DNA of 28,407 nt from the IMG/VR virus record IMGVR_UViG_3300033067_000032, positions 1 to 28,407 of that record. The stretch is one strand, 5' to 3'. The DNA is from a virus. Taxonomy: Duplodnaviria; Caudoviricetes. Position 1 is the stretch's first letter; every line of letters begins with the position of its first letter. A program made the position numbers and the translations under genes. Positions 8,573 through 16,434 of this stretch are shown in pieces. Under the pieces are notes generated by a model that made no database searches, was not told the DNA's origin, and worked only from the letters and a program-made list of their open reading frames with translations.

Positions 8573-10971
8573 TAGTTGCCTCCACTCTGGATTCGTTGGC
8601 CCTTCTTAGTGTATTGGCCTCTCCATTCGATGTCGGTCACAGTGAACGGCAAGTGACTGTCCGAATACAATTCGATCCCAGCACGAGTCGCTTCAGAGCG
8701 GAACGGCATAACATAGGAGGCATCAACGATAGCTGGTTCGCCAACATGTGTGGTAGGGTCGCCAACAAAGCGACCTGTGAACTCAACGATTACATCAGAA
8801 GCGTACTTGCTGAACTTACGGCAGAATAGTTTCCCTGTTGCTTTACAGTTCAGGAGGAACTTACCTACAATGAGTTTACCAGTACCGATTCTTACCTTAT
8901 CGGAGTCTTTCACATCAGGCTCGGTTGGAATGTATGCTGACCGATACGGTACACCATAGATAACTGTCCCACCTTCCATGTCTCTGTCAAACGTGTACGT
9001 GTTCGTACCTGCGTTGTAACTTTCGACCCATGCAAGCATACCCGGAGTTGGGCATCCTTCTCCTTGTACGAATACAATGGACTCTGGATCGCTGGGCATA
9101 GGGTTATATGGGTTAGCGATGGTGAAGTTCACAGAGGTCTTTTCTTTCTTACGGTCAAGTCTGACATTGTAAGTGAGTCCTGTGTCGTCCTGCACATCTA
9201 AGTCCATCGTGTTCAGCATGTAATCGTTTCCGATCTTCGTGATGATATACACTTTAGATTTGATGATGAAGATGTACTTCACGTTATCTGGTAATATCCA
9301 ACGGCTCCACGCTGACTGAACCTTCTTATCATCTTGCCAGATGTACTCGTAGCTGTACACGATGTGTGCATCAGTCTGAGTTTGTACCAGTAGGATGTCA
9401 AAGTTTGACGAGGTGGATAGCATCTTGACTGTACCCTCAAGGTACTTCAATACATGCTGAGTGATTGGTCGTGAGTCGTTTGCGTCTTGTGAGTCTGAGG
9501 CGTAGAACTCCCTGATCCCCGTGAACTGCCCGAAGGCAATGGGGAAGAATACGTTTCGCCCAGCAGCTACCGGAATAGCCGTGACATCCACCTCGAAGGT
9601 GGTGGTTAGAACGAGAGAAGAGTTATGTGGCGTAAGAGCAGTACGTCCAAAGACCATGAACTGCCCTTTATCAGAGAACACAACGAGATCTCGGTTAAAT
9701 GGCACACAGTGGTACATCTTCCTTACACCCTCAATCGTCGATTGAATATCAATCGGATCGGAATCAGCGGTCTCAGTGGCAGAGTTGTTCCAGTGATCGA
9801 GAGGTCGGTCTGTACGCGACATACATACAGCAGCACCACCTAGTAGTACAAGGCGACCTTGGAAGTATCCAAGTCCCTCAACCGTCCCATTGACGAATGT
9901 TGGGTCTTCGTTACTCGTTGCATCACCTGCTGCACGTTCAGCCCAGTTACCCGGCCCAAAGCTGAAGACTCCAGTATTGAAGTCATAAAACAGGATGTGT
10001 GGCATGGTGGAGATGTCGAACTTGTAAGGCGTATTTGGTGCAACACATTCTTGCCACGATCCGGCTAGACCAAATCCAGCGCCTAGTGCAGGGTAATTAC
10101 CTGATGAATCCTTATTACAGATGAACTGAGCGTACCACTCATCCGCATTCGTGCTACCGTCACCAGTGATTGTAACAACGTAGTTATGTGGTGCGTAACG
10201 TGGGAGCTTGCTCCGATCTTGAATTGAATTATTGATTACGAGGAATTGAGTACCTCCGAAACCATCCGTGGTTGTACAGTTGAATGTCTGCGTAGTCGGT
10301 GCAGAGATCTTCTTGATGTACATCACGTCACCTACGCGCGCCACGGAAAAGTTTGATGTAAACGTTCCGTTGGCGTTCAGGCTGGCAGTGATCTGTGTAG
10401 CGATATAGTCAGTCGTAATCTGTGTAACATCAGTAGCAACGCTACCGTTGGGAGTAGTGAATGTACCAACAATAGTGCCACCGCTCCATGTTATCGTCAT
10501 GGTATAAACTCGTCCGTAGGAACCCCCAAGTACATAGGCCACTGAGCCTGTCTGCACGTATGATTTAACGGCGGTATCCATTGTGACAACTTTATCTTTG
10601 TTCGCCACGTACACCAGATCATCTAGTGTAGTGAATGCAAGTTGAGCACCGTCAATGTACGAGAAGCCGGATGATACGTTGTTCACCGTGCTTTCTACGC
10701 CCGTGTTGTAATTAAATACCCGTACCACGCCTGGAAGACAAGCCATTATGAACTGTAAGTTGCCACCAAGGTCAAAGTCATAGAACTGCGCTTCAGGAGC
10801 AGCAGAAAATAACTTCATTATCTCTTCCATTGCGGCTCGACGGGTAAGCCCGTCAACGGGGTTGGATGAGATATTATCTTGGGCCGTACACTGGCCCGGA
10901 AGCCGTGTACGAGGAGGCTGTTGTGATACGCCTTGGATCAGTGACCCAAGAGAGCCATCAACTTTAGCCAT
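8572..10971 (-). CDS. Tail tubular protein B / nozzle (T7 gp12-like)
   Basis: 799 aa; SLIQGVSQQP start, GLTRR, WQECVAP, MPHIL, FQGRL and QSAWSRW motifs. Confidence 0.95.
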   Translation of the reverse strand: MAKVDGSLGSLIQGVSQQPPRTRLPGQCTAQDNISSNPVDGLTRRAAMEEIMKLFSAAPEAQFYDFDLGGNLQFIMACLPGVVRVFNYNTGVESTVNNVSSGFSYIDGAQLAFTTLDDLVYVANKDKVVTMDTAVKSYVQTGSVAYVLGGSYGRVYTMTITWSGGTIVGTFTTPNGSVATDVTQITTDYIATQITASLNANGTFTSNFSVARVGDVMYIKKISAPTTQTFNCTTTDGFGGTQFLVINNSIQDRSKLPRYAPHNYVVTITGDGSTNADEWYAQFICNKDSSGNYPALGAGFGLAGSWQECVAPNTPYKFDISTMPHILFYDFNTGVFSFGPGNWAERAAGDATSNEDPTFVNGTVEGLGYFQGRLVLLGGAAVCMSRTDRPLDHWNNSATETADSDPIDIQSTIEGVRKMYHCVPFNRDLVVFSDKGQFMVFGRTALTPHNSSLVLTTTFEVDVTAIPVAAGRNVFFPIAFGQFTGIREFYASDSQDANDSRPITQHVLKYLEGTVKMLSTSSNFDILLVQTQTDAHIVYSYEYIWQDDKKVQSAWSRWILPDNVKYIFIIKSKVYIITKIGNDYMLNTMDLDVQDDTGLTYNVRLDRKKEKTSVNFTIANPYNPMPSDPESIVFVQGEGCPTPGMLAWVESYNAGTNTYTFDRDMEGGTVIYGVPYRSAYIPTEPDVKDSDKVRIGTGKLIVGKFLLNCKATGKLFCRKFSKYASDVIVEFTGRFVGDPTTHVGEPAIVDASYVMPFRSEATRAGIELYSDSHLPFTVTDIEWRGQYTKKGQRIQSGGN

Positions 10972-11581
10972 TTGTTAGACCTCCGCCAATTAGATTATGG
11001 TTTCCCGAACCTGAACGAGCACGTTGGATGCCATTGAGTAGCCAAGCAGTTGATGGTCTGTTCTTAGCGTTCACGTTACTCATTTGTAGTTGTTGTGCAG
11101 TAAGAGCGGCCCATGAGGATTGTACTTCCATGAGCAGGAGTTTAGCCTTGAGTTCATCTCCATCATCATTAACGTAGAAATCGTAAGCAGACTTATCGGA
11201 CAGGTACTGTACAGCAGCATCTGGTAGATCGTCAATATCGAGTTGAGTTACGATGTTCACGGCCACTGAGTCATTGATGGCAAAGGTATGGTTAATGGGA
11301 TCATATAAGCGTGTACCACGTTTCACGAGACGTGAGCGTGTATCGACTGGATCGACCTTCAAGGTGGTTGCTGGGATGATTATCTCACCAGCTAGATTTG
11401 GTGATAGGATTAAATTGATGTCGCGGTTAAACCACCATCCACGTAACTGCATCCGCTTGTTCACACGGTTAATAGTGTTCGTAGCAGTTTGCGCGGTAGG
11501 ATGTTGGCTATCTGGGCTACTCACTGGAGTCTCCCCAACGACACTGAGAACGTGGTTTAGTACGTCAAGAGATGCGGTCAT
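10964..11581 (-). CDS. Tail tubular protein A / gatekeeper (T7 gp11-like)
   Basis: 205 aa; LDVLNHVLSVVGETPVSS, QLRGWWFN and RGTRLYD motifs. Confidence 0.95.
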   Translation of the reverse strand: MTASLDVLNHVLSVVGETPVSSPDSQHPTAQTATNTINRVNKRMQLRGWWFNRDINLILSPNLAGEIIIPATTLKVDPVDTRSRLVKRGTRLYDPINHTFAINDSVAVNIVTQLDIDDLPDAAVQYLSDKSAYDFYVNDDGDELKAKLLLMEVQSSWAALTAQQLQMSNVNAKNRPSTAWLLNGIQRARSGSGNHNLIGGGLTNG

Positions 11582-11607
11582 TATGTCTCCTTTGTCCTTT
11601 AGAACAG

Positions 11608-11640
11608 AAAAAAAGCCCCTCCCCAGTTAAGGAGAGGGGC
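11608..11640 (-). terminator. T-phi-like intrinsic terminator after the major capsid gene
   Basis: Minus strand GCCCCTCTCC-TTAACT-GGGGAGGGGC-TTTTTTT: 10-bp stem and 7-U tail, in the canonical position between capsid and tail tube A. Confidence 0.93.
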
Positions 11641-11673
11641 GGTATTAGGTAGACGATATGGCCTTCTGTTAGC

Positions 11674-12633
11674 TTACGCTTTCAGAACGCGACCACACAC
11701 GTCGGGACGGTTCACTGTAACGGCGAACGAGATGAAGCTGTCGATGAACCACAGTTTCTCTTCTTTGTTGAACCATACGTCACTCGTCAACGGAATGGTC
11801 TCACCAGCCAAGAGCGACTTAGGATGCAGGATTACTGCAACTGCTTTCGCTTCGGTAGCGGATACATCGTATGCGTTCGAGTTGTTTGCGTTCGACAGAA
11901 GGTGGCCAGAGATTGCAGCGTTCGGAATACGAGCGGTCTTAACGATGCGAGCACCGTTGAGTTCATAGATCGTACCTTTAGCGAAATCTCCATTGCCAGC
12001 GGTGTAGTCACGCGACATAAGTTTCGTGTTGTTCTTCAGAACCTCGAACTGTTTCGGACGGACGAAGATGAGCAAGTCACTTACGTCGATGTCTTCTTCT
12101 TCCATCGTGGTGATAATCCCAGCGATAGAAGTGTACAGTTTATCTGGATCAAGCTCGTCACCTACCGAAGCGAGGGTGGTTGATTTACCTGCACCGAATG
12201 CGTTGTTCAACCCAGATGGAGCTGCTTGACCTGCACCTTTGATGGCCATGATGATAAATGCTTGGTCAAAGTATTTACCAATCTCTTTACCGTGATCTTG
12301 GGCAAGTTCCATACGAGCATCGAAATGCGACTGGAATTCATTCAGCATCGAACGGCTGTCGCGGGTCAGGATGACCGTATCAACAGTCAGTGAAACTTTA
12401 CCAAAGCTAGTAGCGATAGAATCTGGACGTGCTCCGGGTACAAGTTTCTGGAGTTGGGTACGACCAACGCGGTTATTCGTGATAGTGTCGGTATTGCGAA
12501 CCGGACGGACTTTAACGAATTCACGCATGATCGAAGATTTAGCGAATTGGCTCTCGACCTCGCCACCGTATTGCTCAATGAGTAATTCGGTAGTGACATC
12601 GGAGAGGTTAACGGAATCTGAGCCGTAGGCCAT
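11674..12633 (-). CDS. Major capsid protein (T7 gp10A-like)
   Basis: 319 aa; LLIEQYGGEV, LTVDTVI and GKEIGKYFDQAFIIMAIK motifs; lies between scaffold and terminator with its own promoter. Confidence 0.96.
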   Translation of the reverse strand: MAYGSDSVNLSDVTTELLIEQYGGEVESQFAKSSIMREFVKVRPVRNTDTITNNRVGRTQLQKLVPGARPDSIATSFGKVSLTVDTVILTRDSRSMLNEFQSHFDARMELAQDHGKEIGKYFDQAFIIMAIKGAGQAAPSGLNNAFGAGKSTTLASVGDELDPDKLYTSIAGIITTMEEEDIDVSDLLIFVRPKQFEVLKNNTKLMSRDYTAGNGDFAKGTIYELNGARIVKTARIPNAAISGHLLSNANNSNAYDVSATEAKAVAVILHPKSLLAGETIPLTSDVWFNKEEKLWFIDSFISFAVTVNRPDVCGRVLKA

Positions 12634-12671
12634 GTGTTCTCCTTGGAATTATGATTGTGCGCCTAAATTGT

Positions 12672-12695
12672 CCTTACTAGGTACGAAGTGAATTA
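12672..12695 (-). promoter_or_regulatory. Putative phage RNA polymerase promoter upstream of the capsid gene (phi10 equivalent)
   Basis: TAATTCACTTCGTACCTAGTAAGG, 24/24 identical to 16404-16427. Confidence 0.92.
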
Positions 12696-12722
12696 AACGC
12701 AGTTGAGTTTATTGTAGGTGAG

Positions 12723-13631
12723 TTACTTACCGAGGCGGATCGTCTGAGTACGCCGATCATTCAGTGCTTTAACAGCAGCGTGATCGTTCTTACTCTGAGC
12801 GACATGCAATTCTCGGATGTAGTCTGCACGACTCAACGGCACGAAGCCATTGTCTGCGGGAGCCTTATCACCGTCAACACGGCGTACATCAAGGGAACTG
12901 TTCTTCGGATCAGCGTTATAGGCTTTGAGCAAGGCATCAGCAGCGAGCTTTGCCGTAGTAGGGTTGTTCGAGTCCAGCATCTTGCGGTACGAATCCAACT
13001 CTTTCTGGAACTCTGGTTCAGCAGTCTCTTTGGCTCTCGCCCATTTAGCTACTGCATCAAAGTTCTCTTTGCTGCCAACTACCGAGTACACGGCATCAGT
13101 GACGGACTTAACGCCTTCATTGACACGGTTGTAGTAATCGGTTACTCCAGTCTTGACGAGGCTGGCTTTAGCCTTCCCCATCTTCTCTTCGAGCTTCGAC
13201 CAGTCGATGCCTTCCAGAGTACCCTTTTCTACGGCCTCACGGAAGATGTCATCAGCCTCAGCAGGAGTGACATTCGATTCCTTGAGCATGTCGATAACAG
13301 CATCAGCCGTTTCGTCACCATAGGTAGGATAGGCTTTCTTAGACTCTTCGATCTCAGCAGCCTTGGCATCAGCCTCAGCTTTTTCCGCCGCTGCTTTTTC
13401 TTCAGCGGTAGGTTCTTTAGCAGCTTCGGCAGCAGCTTTATCAGCGGCTTCCTTTTCTGCGGCAGCTTTCTCCTCAGCAGTCTGCTCCTTAACAGGAGGT
13501 TTATTGCTTGGTTCAGCAGGAGGGTTCGGCCCTTGATGAGAATGTCCATCGCTCAGATCACGGTTCAGTACACCCTCTGGTGCGCCAACCGCTTGTTCAT
13601 TTGCTTTGTCCACTACTTGTTCGTCAGCCAT
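12723..13631 (-). CDS. Capsid scaffolding protein (T7 gp9-like)
   Basis: 302 aa, acidic and Ala/Glu/Lys-rich, VVGSKENFDAVAKWA motif; between portal and capsid. Confidence 0.92.
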   Translation of the reverse strand: MADEQVVDKANEQAVGAPEGVLNRDLSDGHSHQGPNPPAEPSNKPPVKEQTAEEKAAAEKEAADKAAAEAAKEPTAEEKAAAEKAEADAKAAEIEESKKAYPTYGDETADAVIDMLKESNVTPAEADDIFREAVEKGTLEGIDWSKLEEKMGKAKASLVKTGVTDYYNRVNEGVKSVTDAVYSVVGSKENFDAVAKWARAKETAEPEFQKELDSYRKMLDSNNPTTAKLAADALLKAYNADPKNSSLDVRRVDGDKAPADNGFVPLSRADYIRELHVAQSKNDHAAVKALNDRRTQTIRLGK

Positions 13632-13633
13632 TA

Positions 13634-15208
13634 TTATTCTCCGGGTTGTTTGAATGCAGCTTTAGCAGCTTCTTGGGCTATGCCAGCTTGAGCATCACCT
13701 TGTTGCTGCGCTTGCATCTGTTGCATTTGTGCTTGTTGTTCAGCTTGTATCGTGGCTTGGTCTTTCTCGAACTTCTGATAGTCAACTCCACGGCGAACTG
13801 CACAGTACGCTACGAACTTGCTCATATCAATGGCAGCAAGAATCTCTTGCGGCACAGTGTTCAGAAGTTGTAGGTCGCTGCATAGTAAGCGGAGGTTGTC
13901 AATATCGCCAGCACGGGATAGAGAGTCAAGGCCAGTGATGATCTGCGGATCAATCGTCTTGTCACCAAGATCGACCTTAATCCGTTTCAGCATCAGGATC
14001 GCGGTACGGTACTGCCACTCCTCTGCGAAGCGGGAATAAATCCCACCGTTCGACAGGTCGAGTTCATTAGCAGTCTGTCTGATCTCTTCAGCAGTCACTC
14101 GTTCAGCGTCACGGGTTACAGCAGTCTGGAGCAGGAATGCTGCACCGATCTGTTGCTGTAGCCGTTGTACCATTGACTCCACCATCTGCATGTCAACAGC
14201 CTTGTTGATCTGCAATACAGTAACGTCACCCTCTTTACCAGAGTGGTACGAGCCGGACTCGGAAGCGTTCAGTGTCTCCACATCAACTGTCGAACCGGGA
14301 TCAACCAAGAACTTGATGTCAGCGGCAATCGCTACAACATCAATCTCAGACTGAGCCAGTTGATACAGGGCATGGAATGCACCAGCGTAATCCTCTACGA
14401 GGCCACGTCCGTAGTCTTCCCCACGAATCAGGTTCCACGTAAGCGGAAGGTAGGGCAGGTCTTCGGCAGTCCATGTAGCAGACGACTCTTCGAGCTTCAT
14501 GTCATCAGCGGACTGATACATGTGGTATTTCATATCGTCTTCAAGGATCACCTGCGTATAAATGCAGACCTCTTTATTTGAACCATACTTACCTTCATTC
14601 TGCTCCAGCTTATCGCGGAGTTCCTTCTTGAAGGTGTGCAGGTTCTTTTTCTCAAGCGTGAGAATCTCGATAACTGTTCCTGATAGATCCCGTACTACAC
14701 AGTAGTCGCGCAATCCGTACATCTGTACTGGCCCGGTCTTAGGGTGGTACAGCATGGCATTACCAGTAACGATGAGAGACTTCGCTGCTGTAGTCGCTTC
14801 AGTCCGGTAACGGTTGAAGTTTAACTCCTTCATCGCTGCCTTCTCGGTCTTGGCCAGTGCCTCGTCCATGGCGGAGATGAGGGTTAGAGCTTGTTGGTCA
14901 CCATTCTTGGCTTTTGCTGCAAGCTCTTCCGTTGCCTGATCATCGACTGTGAGACGAAAGAAAGGCTGCGATGGTGCAAATAATGCCATGATTAGCTTGT
15001 TAGACAAGTGGTTTACTGCTCTTGCTCCGGTGCTATCAAGCGGCCCTTGCAATTCAGAATCCCTCGTACCGCTCCGAGGGAACAGGTACGGTAATGTCCA
15101 CATGGCGTAGTCTTCACAGCGATTGACGAGGTTCGTCTTCTTTGCGTTCAACTCCGTCCAGCGGTCAGATAACTTCTTGTCCGCTGGTAACTTGGATTCC
15201 TTTTCCAT
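13634..15208 (-). CDS. Head-tail connector (portal, T7 gp8-like)
   Basis: 524 aa; WTLPYLFP, GARAVNHLSNKL, FFRL, GEDYGRGLVEDY and RDAERVTAEEIR motifs. Confidence 0.97.
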   Translation of the reverse strand: MEKESKLPADKKLSDRWTELNAKKTNLVNRCEDYAMWTLPYLFPRSGTRDSELQGPLDSTGARAVNHLSNKLIMALFAPSQPFFRLTVDDQATEELAAKAKNGDQQALTLISAMDEALAKTEKAAMKELNFNRYRTEATTAAKSLIVTGNAMLYHPKTGPVQMYGLRDYCVVRDLSGTVIEILTLEKKNLHTFKKELRDKLEQNEGKYGSNKEVCIYTQVILEDDMKYHMYQSADDMKLEESSATWTAEDLPYLPLTWNLIRGEDYGRGLVEDYAGAFHALYQLAQSEIDVVAIAADIKFLVDPGSTVDVETLNASESGSYHSGKEGDVTVLQINKAVDMQMVESMVQRLQQQIGAAFLLQTAVTRDAERVTAEEIRQTANELDLSNGGIYSRFAEEWQYRTAILMLKRIKVDLGDKTIDPQIITGLDSLSRAGDIDNLRLLCSDLQLLNTVPQEILAAIDMSKFVAYCAVRRGVDYQKFEKDQATIQAEQQAQMQQMQAQQQGDAQAGIAQEAAKAAFKQPGE

Positions 15209-15456
15209 TATACGTTAAGACCACTCGATTTTCCCAGTCCGCCGAGGACATCCCCAGCTTTTCGTTTCTTGTTCGATCCGGTGATACGATCACCGAGTGC
15301 AGCGTCCCGCCCAATCACGATGGTAGCACCCGTATCATTGTTACTAGTCGGTGCTGGTGCGGCAGCAACTTCCGGTGTAGGAAGTTCTGGAACCTTCGGA
15401 GCACCTAATCCGAGGATTGAGGTTACTGAACTCAGTATTTTAGAAAATTTACTCAT
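15208..15456 (-). CDS. Small virion/tail-assembly protein (T7 gp7.3-like position)
   Basis: 82 aa, Pro/Ala-rich middle and basic C-terminus ending GKSSGLNV; directly upstream of the portal. Confidence 0.7.
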   Translation of the reverse strand: MSKFSKILSSVTSILGLGAPKVPELPTPEVAAAPAPTSNNDTGATIVIGRDAALGDRITGSNKKRKAGDVLGGLGKSSGLNV

Positions 15457-15901
15457 GTTGTTTCCTTTGTCTGATTAAGACTGTACCGTGGGGTACATAC
15501 CCAAACTTACTAAGAAGGTTGATATAAAGTTTATCCTGTCCGATAGCAGCGGTTGCTGTAGCGAACGATAGCGCACAGTCCATGAGGTCGAACCATTCGC
15601 AAGCATCTTCGAGAAGTGCTCGGCCAGTTCGTGTACCTCTGAACTCAGGCAGTACATACATCTTCGACACGTAACCGAAGTATTCGTTCTGAAACTCTTT
15701 GCTCCTACTACATATCATCAACCCAGCCATCTTATCCTGTTGGTACTGGACAAACACAGCTGAGTCTGGATCATTAAGTAGTAGGTACAGATAATCTGTA
15801 GCTTGGGTTTCATTGTACGTTATCGGGTATTGCGTTTCTGAGATGAATGCTTCTGCCAGTTTTAGAAAGTCTCTTACTCTAGCATCCCATAATAATAGCA
15901 T
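15449..15901 (-). CDS. GNAT-family N-acetyltransferase
   Basis: 150 aa; acetyl-CoA-binding motif A MYVLPEFRGTRTGRALL and C-terminal LSKFGY; RBS GAGGAAGG upstream. Confidence 0.85.
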   Translation of the reverse strand: MLLLWDARVRDFLKLAEAFISETQYPITYNETQATDYLYLLLNDPDSAVFVQYQQDKMAGLMICSRSKEFQNEYFGYVSKMYVLPEFRGTRTGRALLEDACEWFDLMDCALSFATATAAIGQDKLYINLLSKFGYVPHGTVLIRQRKQHE

Positions 15902-15914
15902 ATACCTTCCTCAG

Positions 15915-16238
15915 TCATGTAGCAGTTCTGGTAGTGAACTTCTTGAACCAACTCGTTCTAGATGCACTCTCTTCCTGCTGTTGTACTTCTGGTATAATCT
16001 TATCAGTAGTATTATCTGTATTAGTAGATACATCTGGTTTAATATCATCTGTATTACTACTTAATACTCTATTACTACTTATATGTAATATCTTTTGTAT
16101 TACTCTTTGTTCTCCTACTGAGATCATCAACTTGTCACGATCAATACCCGCTTCAAGTGTAATCGGTGGGAACATTTTCCTTAGTTCAAGAGCGAACTCT
16201 CTACTTACTTTTGGGAGATTTTTTGCTAACAGGGACAT
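15915..16238 (-). CDS. Hypothetical protein with a low-complexity C-terminal half
   Basis: 107 aa; N-terminal LPKVSREF...LRKMFPP...VGEQRVI resembles small proteins found before portal genes in this phage group; overlaps the upstream ORF. Confidence 0.7.
   Translation of the reverse strand: MSLLAKNLPKVSREFALELRKMFPPITLEAGIDRDKLMISVGEQRVIQKILHISSNRVLSSNTDDIKPDVSTNTDNTTDKIIPEVQQQEESASRTSWFKKFTTRTAT
15991..16110. repeat. AT-rich tract with short direct repeats (candidate replication origin)
   Basis: Hand count 29 G+C in 120 nt (24%). TATTACTACTTA at 16052 and 16070; ATCTGTATTA at 16014 and 16047. Confidence 0.5.
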
Positions 16239-16389
16239 ATCGTTCCTTCGGTTTAGTTATGAGGTCATACAGGCCGTGCTCTACCAAGAAGTCGCTTATC
16301 GCAGTGGGGTATGGCACTTCATGCTTAACGCAGTCTATAGCCATCTCAATCTTCTGGATGTCATCAAGGTCTGATAGTGGTGTACTCAT
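16201..16389 (-). CDS. Hypothetical protein (62 aa), first late gene
   Basis: Start revised to ATG at 16389 because GGAGGAG lies at 16399-16393; immediately downstream of the promoter. Confidence 0.7.
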   Translation of the reverse strand: MSTPLSDLDDIQKIEMAIDCVKHEVPYPTAISDFLVEHGLYDLITKPKERYVPVSKKSPKSK

Positions 16390-16403
16390 TGACTCCTCCA
16401 TTG

Positions 16404-16427
16404 CCTTACTAGGTACGAAGTGAATTA
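16404..16427 (-). promoter_or_regulatory. Putative phage RNA polymerase promoter opening the late region
   Basis: TAATTCACTTCGTACCTAGTAAGG, starting 7 nt after the RNA polymerase stop codon. Confidence 0.92.
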
Positions 16428-16434
16428 CTTCAGA

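Noticed and set aside
11641-11700. T7 gp10B-type frameshift extension of the capsid
   Set aside because: No clear slippery sequence at the gene end, and only 33 nt separate the stop from the terminator.
12780-13691. 303-aa antisense ORF mirroring the scaffold gene
   Set aside because: It is in codon register with the scaffold and stays open because that gene avoids TTA, CTA and TCA codons; no recognisable motifs or expression signals.
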